A stretch of 64,000 nucleotides of DNA from an uncultured archaeon (GTDB lineage Archaea > Asgardarchaeota > Lokiarchaeia > Sigyniarchaeales > SOKP01): positions 73,823-137,822 of the forward strand of contig CAZWEM010000003.1 in NCBI GenBank assembly GCA_964632315.1, written 5' to 3'. Below, in pieces: positions 10,397 to 21,365 of the stretch (position 1 is the first letter of the stretch; every line of letters begins with the position of its first letter). The notes under the pieces were generated by a model that was not told the DNA's origin, searched no databases, and saw only the letters and a list, made by a program, of their open reading frames with translations. Position numbers and translations under genes: made by a program.

Positions 10397-13330
10397 TTAA
10401 GGTAAGAGGAGATCGATTTTTTTAGTTATTTTTCGAGTAATATTAAATGGATCTCGATAAAAAATATTTAGAGTGATTTGATCGGACCTCGAATTCGAGA
10501 TTTTTCTTTCATCAATTCGATTTCTTTTTAATACATATTTGAATTTGAAAGCACTACCGGATTTTAATTCATTTACGAAGAGGAACCGAGGGAAACTTTC
10601 TTTTTTGACAAAAGAAATATAGAGGGGCGTTTTAAGCGTGATTTGTAAATCTCTAAATGAAAGACTGGTGGGATTGCTTAGTTTGAAATCAAGAGTTATT
10701 AAATTTCCAATAGTTTTAGTTGTTCGAAAGAGAAGAAGATCTTTAGATTCATAAAGATCCTCCATTTTAGGGGAATGAAGGCTATCCTCAATTACTTTTG
10801 CATTTAATTTATTTTTATTTATGAAGTTTACCAACAATTCATTTAGGTCGTCAACTTCCAAATCCATATAAGAGGCAAGATTGTTAATCTTAATAGGATT
10901 CATAACCTCAAGAAAATAATTAATTTGATTTAGATAAAACTTAGCTAAGTTTCTTTGCTTAAATGATTTGGATTTGATGATGAGCATTTCTTTAGATTCA
11001 ATGAATTTTGTTAGAAGAGGTCTAATATACAGATCAAAAATATTGTTATCATCAGTTATTTTACCTATGATTGTATCAATTTGGTTTTCGTAATCTTCTA
11101 TAAAATTTTGTATTTGTTTTTGATTCATTTCTATAATTTTTTTAGCATCATTAAATTCAGTTTTTTTAATAAGTTGGTCAATCTTTTTATTCAGATTTTC
11201 AAAATTTTCATTAAAATTCTTAAATCCTTCGATACCTTGACTTATTATTGAATGAATATGTCCTTGGAAAAGTTGAAATCCTAATTCATTAGTGATATTA
11301 CTTAATTTAGCATCAACATTCTGCTTTCGATTTTGGATGTCGATAAAATAATCGACCATCTTATCCTTAATGATCTTAATTTTCTTATCCAAGTTGCTCA
11401 GATATTCTTGAATCTCGATTTTAACTCCAACCCAAGTTCTAAGTAAATTTTTAAAAATATCAAATTCTACGTTATTTAATATTAATTCTCGAATTTCATC
11501 ATCAAGTTTGAATAGATAATTTCTTAATTGAGTGATTTGATTAAATTTTTCCTCTAATTCCTTATCTTCAGATTCTGTAAATATTGATTCGTCCAAATTG
11601 TCTGGAAAATCATACTCTTTCAAGACGTCATATTGCACGCGTAAAATGCTAATTCGATCGTAAAAAACTCTAATTTTATCCTTTAAGCTTTTAGTAAATT
11701 CCTCCTTTTTCTCATCACACAATTCTGAGATGAATCCCTTAATAAGGCTTAATTCATCTATGATTTGAAGTTTTGTTTCTTCCCAATCTTCAATTAAATT
11801 AAATGCTAAACGCTTATACTCAAACTTATTGAGTCTTTTATTGAAAGCTTTGATTTGTTTTAATATATTTCTATATTCATTATTCAGTTCAATTTCAGTC
11901 TCATTAAATCTAAATTCTTCAATAAATTCATTTAAATCCTCTCTAAATTTAGCGGGAGCCTTTTGAAACTCCTTAATCTTATTTGAAAAAAGTTCTAGTT
12001 CAAAATTTACTTTCCTAATAATCTCTTCAATTCTTTCAAAATTAGCTTTAACATTCTTTAAGGTATGAATGATTTCATTTCTAACATCAGGATCTTTCTC
12101 ATCGTCAAGAACCTTATCTAATTCTATATAAATCCATACGGCAATTTTTTTCACGTTTAGAATAAAACATATAGTCCTCAGGAGGACAATACTCTTCTTT
12201 CTTTCTCTCCAGTATTTCGAATCAAGGTTAAACAATATTTTAGTGATTTCATTTTCAATTTCTACTTGATATTCTTCATATAATCTTTGTAACGTTTTAG
12301 CAACACTTTCCCGTACATTTTCAGAAGGATTCTCCAATTCTTCAAATATGTAATTAAAAATGTCTGAAATATTGTTTTGGCATAGATGATACAGAGCATT
12401 TAATACAGAATTTTTTACCTCACCCTCTTCTGAATCTAGTGCATGGATTAAATTTGACCAAATCTGATCCAAGTTATTTTTTGAGATATTCACTAAAGCT
12501 TCAATTACACGTAATTGTATCCTGTAATCATCTTCTCTAAGAAAGTTGATTAATTTAGGTATAATTGGGATGATTTCTGAGGATTTTTCCTTCCCAATCT
12601 CGCCAAATAGCCAAATTATGAGTTCTTTAACTCTAGATTTCTCATTTTGAAGCAAGTTTAGCAATATATACATTATTTTCTCCTTCGAGAGAAAATAAGT
12701 CCCTAATATCTTCAATAATTCAGCTGAAGAACGAGCAACATCTTCATCTTCATCTCTTAAATTTACAATTACGATTGATAATAATGGTTCTAAATCAGGA
12801 ATTTTTGTAAAATCTTGGTTCAGAAGCTTTTTTAAGGTTTTGATCACTTCTAATTTAACTTTCCAATCTTCATCAATTAATTTTTCAATGAATTCCCCAA
12901 TATATTCTTGTAATTCTTCCTCATCAACATGGAGCGATAATAATAATTTCCCCATTATCTTTACCGCCAATCTTCGAATTTGAGACTCATGATCGAATAA
13001 TCTAGCCCTAATTTTATTTATTAATTCAATAAGTAGATTAGGACGATACATTGAAATCTGATATAAAATTTCTAAAGAAACTAAACGAATCCAAGAATTT
13101 GGTTCATTTAAGTTAGAAGAAACTACTTTAACTGAATTTAATGAAATCGGCGGAGTTTTATCACATATATAATTGAGTAAACTAAGTGATTTATAAACTG
13201 TCTCAGTTTCTAATTTCTGTTGCTCCTTAAGTACCTTGAAAATGATTTCTGCGGCATCCTCGTAATTGCCATTTAAAATGAGTTTTTCGATTCCCTTTTC
13301 ATCCAATGTTAAGCTCGTCAATCTGTTCAT
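10397..13330 (-). CDS. HEAT-repeat / coiled-coil protein with a PCI-like winged helix and a C-terminal beta-rich domain
   Basis: Repeated L.D.D..VR..A...L HEAT motifs; PIKINNLASYMDLEVDDLNELLVNFINKNKLNAKV is PCI-like. Confidence 0.75.
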   Translation of the reverse strand: MNRLTSLTLDEKGIEKLILNGNYEDAAEIIFKVLKEQQKLETETVYKSLSLLNYICDKTPPISLNSVKVVSSNLNEPNSWIRLVSLEILYQISMYRPNLLIELINKIRARLFDHESQIRRLAVKIMGKLLLSLHVDEEELQEYIGEFIEKLIDEDWKVKLEVIKTLKKLLNQDFTKIPDLEPLLSIVIVNLRDEDEDVARSSAELLKILGTYFLSKEKIMYILLNLLQNEKSRVKELIIWLFGEIGKEKSSEIIPIIPKLINFLREDDYRIQLRVIEALVNISKNNLDQIWSNLIHALDSEEGEVKNSVLNALYHLCQNNISDIFNYIFEELENPSENVRESVAKTLQRLYEEYQVEIENEITKILFNLDSKYWRERKKSIVLLRTICFILNVKKIAVWIYIELDKVLDDEKDPDVRNEIIHTLKNVKANFERIEEIIRKVNFELELFSNKIKEFQKAPAKFREDLNEFIEEFRFNETEIELNNEYRNILKQIKAFNKRLNKFEYKRLAFNLIEDWEETKLQIIDELSLIKGFISELCDEKKEEFTKSLKDKIRVFYDRISILRVQYDVLKEYDFPDNLDESIFTESEDKELEEKFNQITQLRNYLFKLDDEIRELILNNVEFDIFKNLLRTWVGVKIEIQEYLSNLDKKIKIIKDKMVDYFIDIQNRKQNVDAKLSNITNELGFQLFQGHIHSIISQGIEGFKNFNENFENLNKKIDQLIKKTEFNDAKKIIEMNQKQIQNFIEDYENQIDTIIGKITDDNNIFDLYIRPLLTKFIESKEMLIIKSKSFKQRNLAKFYLNQINYFLEVMNPIKINNLASYMDLEVDDLNELLVNFINKNKLNAKVIEDSLHSPKMEDLYESKDLLLFRTTKTIGNLITLDFKLSNPTSLSFRDLQITLKTPLYISFVKKESFPRFLFVNELKSGSAFKFKYVLKRNRIDERKISNSRSDQITLNIFYRDPFNITRKITKKIDLLLP

Positions 13331-13496
13331 TTATTAGTTGTTAATTATTAATTCTTTTCCTTGCAATTATCTGTTTTGTCTTAAAAGTATAAAAAACTTT
13401 TTTAAAATAATATCATAACTATCATGAAAAAAGAATATTATAAAATTTTTTAAGTCAAAAAAAAAGAGAAAAAAGGTTTTTGTTGAGAATAAATTA

Positions 13497-14045
13497 TTAC
13501 TCAAATAATTCAATAATCGCAGTTCCAGGTGTCGCAAGTCTTTCTCTATAAGTTAGAATTCCTTCTGGAACTTCCTTAGTTTTAACTAGTCCTTGTTCGA
13601 TATCTTTCTCAGAAACCCAACCACGTTCCCCCGCTTCATATTGTTTCACGGTATTACCACTTTTATCTTTGATATCCACATTAGTTATAGTTGTTTGTTC
13701 TACATCAAAAATGACTTTTTTTCCTTGTATTTCTTTAACAGTAGCTTTCGTGATTAATAGATCTCCAGGTCTTACCATTGCCCGCATATCAACGTCAGTT
13801 TCAATTAAATTCCCATATTTTCCATATTCTAAGAAATCCTCAAATAATTTCGTTATGAATCCAAAACTAAAAAGACCATGTGCTATTATCCCTTTAAGTC
13901 CGGCTTTTTCAGCGATTTCATCATTGGTATGTATGGGGTTAGTATCACCTGAAGCTTTAGCATATTCTCTTAACAATTCTCTCGTTATACCATCAAACTC
14001 GTTACTAATTTTTTGTCCAATTTTTATATCTGTAATTTTAACCAT
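13497..14045 (-). CDS. MaoC-family (hotdog) dehydratase
   Basis: YAKASGDTNPIHT...IIAHG hydratase motif. Confidence 0.9.
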   Translation of the reverse strand: MVKITDIKIGQKISNEFDGITRELLREYAKASGDTNPIHTNDEIAEKAGLKGIIAHGLFSFGFITKLFEDFLEYGKYGNLIETDVDMRAMVRPGDLLITKATVKEIQGKKVIFDVEQTTITNVDIKDKSGNTVKQYEAGERGWVSEKDIEQGLVKTKEVPEGILTYRERLATPGTAIIELFE

Positions 14046-14066
14046 TTTTCTTTACCTCTAAATGTT

Positions 14067-14567
14067 TTAATAACCCCCTGGTCTTACTGCTGCTCTAACA
14101 ATGGGTTTACATACAAATTCACCATCTTGGTTCTTTACATCGACATGTAATTCGGCAAAAAGGATCATGTTTTTCTCAATCATCCATACTTTCCCCCATT
14201 TAGCATTTATTGTTAATTTATCTCCTGGTTTTAAATCAACACATCCTTCCCAGTTATAAACTTGACCAGCATGAAGTAATTTGCCCGGATTTAAAATGAA
14301 AGGTCTTTCTTTTCCATCTTGTTCCAATTTCATTCCTAAGAGTAACTTATATAGTGCTTTGATTGTAAAATGGTTCGCAAAGGCATGACAAGCTACCACT
14401 CCTTCCTCTTCTGAACCTACGTATTTTGGATTCGTAATTCCATAAACTTTTGCAAAGTCAACTAAAGTTTTGTATCGGATTGATACTCTTGCTTTTCCTG
14501 GAACCTCCATCCCAGTCAGATTATTAATTAAAAACTCAGCATTTTTTTTTATTTCACTTTCATCCAT
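14067..14567 (-). CDS. MaoC-like hotdog-fold partner subunit
   Basis: LLHAGQVYNW...LKPGDKL motif; tandem with the MaoC gene. Confidence 0.75.
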   Translation of the reverse strand: MDESEIKKNAEFLINNLTGMEVPGKARVSIRYKTLVDFAKVYGITNPKYVGSEEEGVVACHAFANHFTIKALYKLLLGMKLEQDGKERPFILNPGKLLHAGQVYNWEGCVDLKPGDKLTINAKWGKVWMIEKNMILFAELHVDVKNQDGEFVCKPIVRAAVRPGGY

Positions 14568-14648
14568 AAAATTTCACATTGAATCTGAATATCTAATTTA
14601 TTTATGAATAATTTCGTATTTGATCTAATTAAAAGTTTAATTTGCAAG

Positions 14649-15359
14649 TTATTTTGGATTTAACTTGGTAAAGTGTGTATTCGTATCTTGGCTGTTTTGA
14701 TCATTAAAAAAATTAACGATATTTTTCATATTTCCATTCAAAATTATGCAGGGAATCTTAAATTTGTCAATAATTCTTGGTAAATACTGATCTATTGGTT
14801 GCGATTCTTTTAGCTGGTTTTTTTTGGGTTGTAATTTTTTTGCTTTTTTAAATTGTTCATATTCTTTAGTCGTAAGGTTTTTTATTAGTTGACCATCCTG
14901 AAGAAGAATTCCATCAACCTCTTTTATTAAATAGCATTCATTAAATTCCATTTCTCTACATAAATAGAGAGCTATTGAATCAGACGTGACTTGCCAGTCA
15001 TGGGGTAACTCATCTTCCCTTTTTAAAAATGAAAATGGAAGAAATACTGAGATGATTCTATCTGTTTGTATAATCTTCTTGATATCAGAGGTAACATTTA
15101 ATTTAAAAAGGTGAGAAATTAATTCTCCGTTGATATCCATAGCGAGGATAGCCATCCAATGAGAAAGATCAGGTCCAATCTCAAGAATTTTATCTGATAA
15201 TCGAATAAAATTAGCAAGATTTCCTCCTCCAGATAATATTACTATTTTATTGAATATTTTAGTCTCGTAAAGTTCAAAGAGTTGACTAATGATATTTTTC
15301 ATTGACATTTTATTTTCGAGGAATTTTCCCCCAATCTTAAAAATACCATTCTTTGGCAT
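14649..15359 (-). CDS. mfnE: Amino-acid-kinase family protein, MfnE-like (methanofuran biosynthesis)
   Basis: KIGG, GGGNLANFIR, SHWMAILAMD, LPHDWQVTSDSIA and KEVDG motifs; adjacent to an mfnF-like gene. Confidence 0.75.
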   Translation of the reverse strand: MPKNGIFKIGGKFLENKMSMKNIISQLFELYETKIFNKIVILSGGGNLANFIRLSDKILEIGPDLSHWMAILAMDINGELISHLFKLNVTSDIKKIIQTDRIISVFLPFSFLKREDELPHDWQVTSDSIALYLCREMEFNECYLIKEVDGILLQDGQLIKNLTTKEYEQFKKAKKLQPKKNQLKESQPIDQYLPRIIDKFKIPCIILNGNMKNIVNFFNDQNSQDTNTHFTKLNPK

Positions 15360-15369
15360 TATTTCTGAT

Positions 15370-16470
15370 TCAAGATCCTTTATTTAATTGAAAATGGAGG
15401 GCTCCTGCAAGAGCAAAAGCTGAAGAACTTATATTATCAGGAATTTTAGTCATCTCTTCATAAATATAAGTTTTTTTGTATCCTAATTTCTCTAAAGCTG
15501 GTTTAATTAAAAATTTAGCAGATAAACCCGTAATATAAAATTTAGGGGAACTAGTAATCTCAGGAAATAGTTTTTCAGTTTCTTCTAAAAATAATTTTAT
15601 TTCAGAAGAGATTAGTTTAAGTTGTTTTTGATAGATATAATTCGCAATATTGACTAGCTGATTAGTGTTAATTGATTCTAGGTCAGCACAGATAATTCTG
15701 GATAGTCTTGCATAGCAATCTTTCATTGATTTTGAACGATTATCTGCAGTATCGTTAATATATTCTCGTTCTGAAATGTTATTTAATATCAGGTGAACAT
15801 CTGAAATTAAAGCGAACTTTTCAAAGGAGATTCTAACAAAATCATTATCAATTGGTACAGAATGAGTTATCGAGGGAATAGTTGCCCTCAGTCCTCCAGT
15901 ATAGATCAATTCATGATGAATTAACCTTTCTAGATCAGATTTACCTTGAGTTGAAGGCTTACCATTAATGAGAGGAATTAAATCTATGGTGGTGGAACCC
16001 GCATCCACTAGAATGCCATCATTAATATGTTCTCCAAGAAATAAAGCTGTAGAAACCCAATTAGCAGCACAAATTTGAGAAAAATCCCGGAATACTTCAT
16101 CCATTTTTATAAAATGTCCTTTCGTGCTTATGAAAAATAATTTGTCCTTATCAAAGACTTGACTTAATGCACTTGTAATGACATTTATTCCTTCTCTTTT
16201 AGTTTGAAAGGCATCAGAGAGTTCAGCAGTTATTGCTATTGCAAAATAATTAACTTCTGAATATTCTATCCCAGCTTGTTGCAGTAATTTATCTCCAATT
16301 TTAAAAAGCATTTCTGGAATTTGCTTTATAGTTTTCTCCCAAAAAGGAAAGTACTCAATAATGGAAAAGGTTTGTGAGATTGAGCCATTCTTAAAACCTA
16401 GAAAAGCCGCTTTAGTGTTTGCTCCACCAATATCTAATCCAATAATATTTAGGGCTCTTGAAGGCGCCAT
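15370..16470 (-). CDS. mfnF: Hydantoinase-A-like MfnF (methanofuran / H4MPT-linked C1 pathway protein)
   Basis: GLDIGGANTK, TAELSDAFQTKREG, AANW, DAGSTTIDLIP and ELIYTGGLR motifs. Confidence 0.8.
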   Translation of the reverse strand: MAPSRALNIIGLDIGGANTKAAFLGFKNGSISQTFSIIEYFPFWEKTIKQIPEMLFKIGDKLLQQAGIEYSEVNYFAIAITAELSDAFQTKREGINVITSALSQVFDKDKLFFISTKGHFIKMDEVFRDFSQICAANWVSTALFLGEHINDGILVDAGSTTIDLIPLINGKPSTQGKSDLERLIHHELIYTGGLRATIPSITHSVPIDNDFVRISFEKFALISDVHLILNNISEREYINDTADNRSKSMKDCYARLSRIICADLESINTNQLVNIANYIYQKQLKLISSEIKLFLEETEKLFPEITSSPKFYITGLSAKFLIKPALEKLGYKKTYIYEEMTKIPDNISSSAFALAGALHFQLNKGS

Positions 16471-16479
16471 ATAATTCCA

Positions 16480-17520
16480 CTATTCTTTAATTTTATAATG
16501 CATTTCTAAAAATTCTATAACTTTATCGAGATTTTCTCCAGTTATTGCATTAGTTAAAAAATAATCAGTTTCATGGAGGGTTAACCTTTTTTTTATATAT
16601 TCAATTTCAGGCTGACTTGCAAGATCTTTTTTGTTTAATATTATTGTTATTGGAATTTCTCCTTGTTTTGTGAATTGATCATGTATCTCATGATATAATT
16701 CAAGCTGAGAATCGACTCTATATCCACAAGAAGGGGTTGGATCAAAAACGAATATAATCTGATCAGCAATTAGGCGCAAAGCAAGAATAGCTTGTAGTTC
16801 AATATTATTTCTTTTAGACATAGGTCTATCTAAAATTCCTGGGGTATCCACGCATTGAACTTTAATCTTATCAAATCTTCTAATTATCTCTAAATGTCCT
16901 AAAATTAATCTCTTCGTGGTAAAGGGATATTCTTGAACCTCTATTTTTTTATTAGTCGATATATTCTTGACTAAACTACTTTTACCTACGTTAGGATATC
17001 CAGCAAAAACGATACAAGGCATCTCATAGTCTAGTGAGGGGATTTCTCTAAGCTTACCTCTAATCTGATTTAGATATTCGAGATTTTGATTTTGCTTTTC
17101 TACTATTGATGAAATACGTCCAAATGCCGATCTACGAATTTGATCTCCCTCTTTAGGATTTTCAATTTTGCTTAATCTTTTAAAATGCTCTCTTTCAATT
17201 TTACTTAATACAGGTAATATTCCGTTTAGTTTTCCTAATGTAAGCTTTAATTTTTCAGTATCGATTAGTATTGATGCTAATTCTTTATAAAAAGCTGGCA
17301 ATTCATCAATCATTGGTACGCTTTTGATGATTTTAAGGATTCTTTGGATGATCTCTTCAATAGCAACCTGGATTCTTTTCCGTTCCTTCTTTTTTGCTTT
17401 TATTAAAATTGGAGCGTTTTTTGATACTTGAGCTGAACTTTTCATTGCTTTTTTAAAGGCAATATCTAGTAATTCTTTAGAATTTGGAACGTGATAAAAT
17501 TCCGAGAAAGGGTTCTTCAT
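16480..17520 (-). CDS. nog1: NOG1-family ribosome biogenesis GTPase
   Basis: GYPNVGKSS, YPFTTK, DTPGILDRP and NKKD motifs. Confidence 0.92.
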   Translation of the reverse strand: MKNPFSEFYHVPNSKELLDIAFKKAMKSSAQVSKNAPILIKAKKKERKRIQVAIEEIIQRILKIIKSVPMIDELPAFYKELASILIDTEKLKLTLGKLNGILPVLSKIEREHFKRLSKIENPKEGDQIRRSAFGRISSIVEKQNQNLEYLNQIRGKLREIPSLDYEMPCIVFAGYPNVGKSSLVKNISTNKKIEVQEYPFTTKRLILGHLEIIRRFDKIKVQCVDTPGILDRPMSKRNNIELQAILALRLIADQIIFVFDPTPSCGYRVDSQLELYHEIHDQFTKQGEIPITIILNKKDLASQPEIEYIKKRLTLHETDYFLTNAITGENLDKVIEFLEMHYKIKE

Positions 17521-17568
17521 CGTACATTTTTAATTGAATAGTTAAATAAATCAAAGTTGGATAGGTTT

Positions 17569-18657
17569 TTACTCTTTGCCTTTTAATTCAGTTAATTTGG
17601 TTTCTATTTTTAAAATTTCCTCAGATAAATCTATAATATCTTTCGGGAGAGTTTTTAAAATATTTAGAATATATTGATATCTTGAAGCAACGCGATCGTA
17701 CTTGTGAAGTCCTTCTTCTTTTTCTGCCTTGGTCTTAATTAATTCAACCTTTTTGAGTTTTTGTTGTATTTCGATCGGAAGTTTTTCTGATTCTTTTATA
17801 GATTTTTTAATATAATGTTGTTGTTCTAAATTTGCCTTTTCTATTCTTTCTTCAAACTCTTTTTGATATTTCTGCTGAGTTATAGCTTTCTGAACAATAC
17901 TATCTTCTTCCTCTTTTTTGTAGATCTCGATATTCTTTAATTCTTTTTGAAGGGTTCTTACTTGATTAAACCATCCAAGTTGGGATAGAATTTTGATAGC
18001 ATTTTCATAAGAAATCTTAGCAACATCATAATTTTTATCTTTAATAGCCTTTTTAGCGGAATCAAGTAAGTGTTCCAGATCAGATTGAAGTTTCTCTTCT
18101 TGCTTTCTTTTTACTTCCAATTCTCTAATTCTTTCTCTTCTTTCTTGAATTTGAATTTTACGCAAATCCTGCTGTTTTTTTATCAGATTATTTTGTAAAT
18201 CCTTCTCTCGTTCTTCTTTCTTATTTTGTTGTTGCATCTGCTGAAATAGTTTTGGCGTTTCGGAAGGGTGTTTTAGATCATTCTTTGGAATTGAAATCCC
18301 GGTAGATTGAAGGGTATGTGAATTAACTCCCCCTTCCAAACCACTCTTTATTCTTTTTCTTCGTTTTTCGGCAGCAGCAAGGGTCACAATATCCTTAATA
18401 GCAAGGTTATTTTTGATACCTTTACCTGTAGATTTCCATTTTAGATGTTCCTTAATTTCATTGATTTGCCAAAGTATCTGTTTAGTTTCGAAATTGTGAT
18501 CTATGTTGTTAAAGATATCAAAAGCTTCATTATATAATTTTAATGATTCATTATAATTTTCATTAAGAGCAGATATTCGAGCTTTTTCTAATAATTTTTT
18601 GCCTTTCTCTTCAAGAGCTTTAATATCTCCGCTTTGATTTATGTTTGAATTTGTCAT
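17569..18657 (-). CDS. Helical (TPR/MIT-like) coiled-coil hypothetical protein
   Basis: Three A...Y..A-type helical hairpin modules separated by charged coiled coils. Confidence 0.65.
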   Translation of the reverse strand: MTNSNINQSGDIKALEEKGKKLLEKARISALNENYNESLKLYNEAFDIFNNIDHNFETKQILWQINEIKEHLKWKSTGKGIKNNLAIKDIVTLAAAEKRRKRIKSGLEGGVNSHTLQSTGISIPKNDLKHPSETPKLFQQMQQQNKKEEREKDLQNNLIKKQQDLRKIQIQERRERIRELEVKRKQEEKLQSDLEHLLDSAKKAIKDKNYDVAKISYENAIKILSQLGWFNQVRTLQKELKNIEIYKKEEEDSIVQKAITQQKYQKEFEERIEKANLEQQHYIKKSIKESEKLPIEIQQKLKKVELIKTKAEKEEGLHKYDRVASRYQYILNILKTLPKDIIDLSEEILKIETKLTELKGKE

Positions 18658-18741
18658 AATTCACTCTAAATAATTACCTATGTTAAAACTATAATAAAAT
18701 TAATGAATCATTAAACTTAATAGAAATTATCATACAAATAT

Positions 18742-19845
18742 TTGATGCTTATGGTTAAAGAAAAGCTAAAAGTAGGCATATTAGGTGCAACTGGCATCGT
18801 TGGACAAACCTATGTAAAATTATTGGAAAATCACCCTTTCTTTGACGTAACTGATGTTGCGGCATCTCCCAGATCTGCCGGTAAAACATTTATCGAAGCA
18901 GTAGCTAACAGATGGCACATGAAAACGAAAATACCTACGAAGATTTCTTCATTAAAGGTGAGAGACACCAATGATATAGAAAGTATCGATCCAAACGTGA
19001 AATTGGTTTTCTCTGCTGTGAATTTACCTAATAAAGAAGAAATTAAAAAGCTTGAATTCGATTATGCCAGAAATGGGATCCCCGTTATAAGTAATAATTC
19101 TGCCCATAGATGGACTGAAGATGTTCCAATGGTTATTCCTGAAATTAATTATGAACATTTAAATGTGATCCCTATTCAGCAAAAAAACAGGGGTTTTAAA
19201 AAAGGGTTTGTTGTGGTAAAGCCCAACTGTTCAATTCAAAGTTATATGACTCCATTGTTCGCATTAGAACAAAAAGGATTTATAGTAAAAAATGTAATCG
19301 TGACAACTTTACAAGCAGTTTCTGGAGCTGGTTATCCGGGTGTTGCATCATTAGATATTATAGATAATGTTGTACCATTTATAGGTGGAGAAGAAGAAAA
19401 ATCAGAAAAAGAACCGCTAAAAGTTCTTGGAACAATTAACGAAAAAGGGATCTCAAATAGAGAAAATTTATTAATAAGTGCAACTTGTACTCGTGTTCCT
19501 GTTACTGATGGCCATACTGCAGTAGTATACTTGAAATTTGAAGGGAAAGTCCCCACAAAAGAGGAGATTTTGGAAATATGGAAATCTTTTCATGGACCTC
19601 CTCAAGATTTCGATTTACCATTAGCACCTAAACAACCAATAACTTATTTAAGCGAAAACAATCGCCCCCAACCCATTAAAGATCGGGATTCAGATAAAGG
19701 AATGGCAGTTACGGTTGGGAGATTAAGGGAAGATACAATCTTTGATTATAAGTTCGTTGCACTAAGCCATAACACGATTCGAGGTGCTGCAGGAGGAGCG
19801 ATTCTAATAGGAGAATTATTATATCAAAATGAGTATTTTGATTAA
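18742..19845 (+). CDS. asd: Aspartate-semialdehyde dehydrogenase
   Basis: GILGATGIVGQ, PNCS, QAVSGAGYPG and HNTIRGAAGG motifs. Confidence 0.96.
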   Translation: MMLMVKEKLKVGILGATGIVGQTYVKLLENHPFFDVTDVAASPRSAGKTFIEAVANRWHMKTKIPTKISSLKVRDTNDIESIDPNVKLVFSAVNLPNKEEIKKLEFDYARNGIPVISNNSAHRWTEDVPMVIPEINYEHLNVIPIQQKNRGFKKGFVVVKPNCSIQSYMTPLFALEQKGFIVKNVIVTTLQAVSGAGYPGVASLDIIDNVVPFIGGEEEKSEKEPLKVLGTINEKGISNRENLLISATCTRVPVTDGHTAVVYLKFEGKVPTKEEILEIWKSFHGPPQDFDLPLAPKQPITYLSENNRPQPIKDRDSDKGMAVTVGRLREDTIFDYKFVALSHNTIRGAAGGAILIGELLYQNEYFD

Positions 19846-21365
19846 AATTCATGCCTATCAATTAAAACAGATATTAGATCTTTCAAAAACGAGGTAAATC
19901 TTTTCTTTTTTAGCAGCAAAAAAGCAGGAAATTCAGGAAACACATCAAAATATGTAGATTTCTTAAATTTTTTTGCTAACTTATAAAGTGAAAGAGGAGA
20001 TAAATCTTGAAAATTGACCAGAATCCTATTAAGTAATTCACGCAATAAGGATCGATCAATTTTTATTATTAAATCAGTGTGAATTCCTAATTCGCTCAAT
20101 AATCTTAATCTAAAACTTTCTAAATTTTGAATTGGATCGGAAATACTCACTTGTTTAGAAAGGGATGAAATGTGATTAAGCTCACCGTTGATAAGATCTA
20201 ATTTTATCATGTATCTAAATGAATTACGAAAATCACTAGGATTATCATTATCTGAAAGTATCAATAATATTGATGAGTTTAAACCAATTCTTGATAAGAT
20301 TAAGTTTCCAAAGAATTCTGGAATATTCCAATGAGATAATTTCCTCAGATTTAAATTAAACCCCATTATTCGTAATATCCATCGCTGAAGAACGTTATAT
20401 AGCTTAGGTTTAGGAGAAATATTCCACTCCAATTCTATGCTTCGCATTCCATACAATAGTTTTTGAACGATTAATTTGAGTTCTTCTTTAGCAATTGGTA
20501 TATCATATTCAAAGAGATCGAGGAAAAAAGTAACCAAGCTTGAAAGATTCAGGTAAACTACATTTTTATAATTAAAATTCTTACTTAATTCATTATTATC
20601 TCTGTAATTCAATTCTTTACTAACATCACGCAATTCTAAATTAATTGTTCCATCTTTTTTTTTATATATATGAGAAAGGAATGACAAATCTTGGTTCGCA
20701 AAAATTACAGCTAAATCTATTCCCTCAATAAGATCTGCTAAATCTTCTACCATTTTTGATAAGTTAATGTCCAAAATTGTAAATAAAAGAGCGATGAAAT
20801 GAAACCCTAATGGTTTCGGATAGATTATTAATAAATCATCATCTATCGCTTTCTGGTTGAGATTAATAATTGAAGATAAGGTTTGAGTTAAATCATATCC
20901 CTGAAGATTTGAATTATGAGTATTTATCAAATCTACTAATCTCTTTTTAAGTATTCGTAAAGAAGTAATTTTAATACTAGTTTCTTCGAACACTTTTTTC
21001 TCAATTTCATGATACAATGATGAAATATCATTTAAGTCATCTTGCTTGAAATTTAATATTCCTTTTCGCAATCTTTGACTTTTTTCGTATATTCCAGCGG
21101 ATTTTGATTCATGTAAATATATTTCTAGTACTATGTTTTCAATATCATAGTCTGATACTATGATATCAACTTCACTTTTTTGAGAATTCATAAATATGGG
21201 GTAAAGATATGAAAAAAGTTTGTATAAAAGAAACGTATTTGTCTCTATTTGGGTGAAAGGTATTTTAACATCCTCCGCTATGGATTCGGGGTGTTCTATA
21301 ATGCTAACTCTTGAATTGAACTTCAAGATTTTTTTCCAATTTTCTTTAAAGTTAGGATCAAACAT
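19842..21365 (-). CDS. Hypothetical protein
   Basis: 507-aa ORF; its start overlaps the stop of the upstream DUF362 gene by one base. Confidence 0.75.
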   Translation of the reverse strand: MFDPNFKENWKKILKFNSRVSIIEHPESIAEDVKIPFTQIETNTFLLYKLFSYLYPIFMNSQKSEVDIIVSDYDIENIVLEIYLHESKSAGIYEKSQRLRKGILNFKQDDLNDISSLYHEIEKKVFEETSIKITSLRILKKRLVDLINTHNSNLQGYDLTQTLSSIINLNQKAIDDDLLIIYPKPLGFHFIALLFTILDINLSKMVEDLADLIEGIDLAVIFANQDLSFLSHIYKKKDGTINLELRDVSKELNYRDNNELSKNFNYKNVVYLNLSSLVTFFLDLFEYDIPIAKEELKLIVQKLLYGMRSIELEWNISPKPKLYNVLQRWILRIMGFNLNLRKLSHWNIPEFFGNLILSRIGLNSSILLILSDNDNPSDFRNSFRYMIKLDLINGELNHISSLSKQVSISDPIQNLESFRLRLLSELGIHTDLIIKIDRSLLRELLNRILVNFQDLSPLSLYKLAKKFKKSTYFDVFPEFPAFLLLKKKRFTSFLKDLISVLIDRHEF

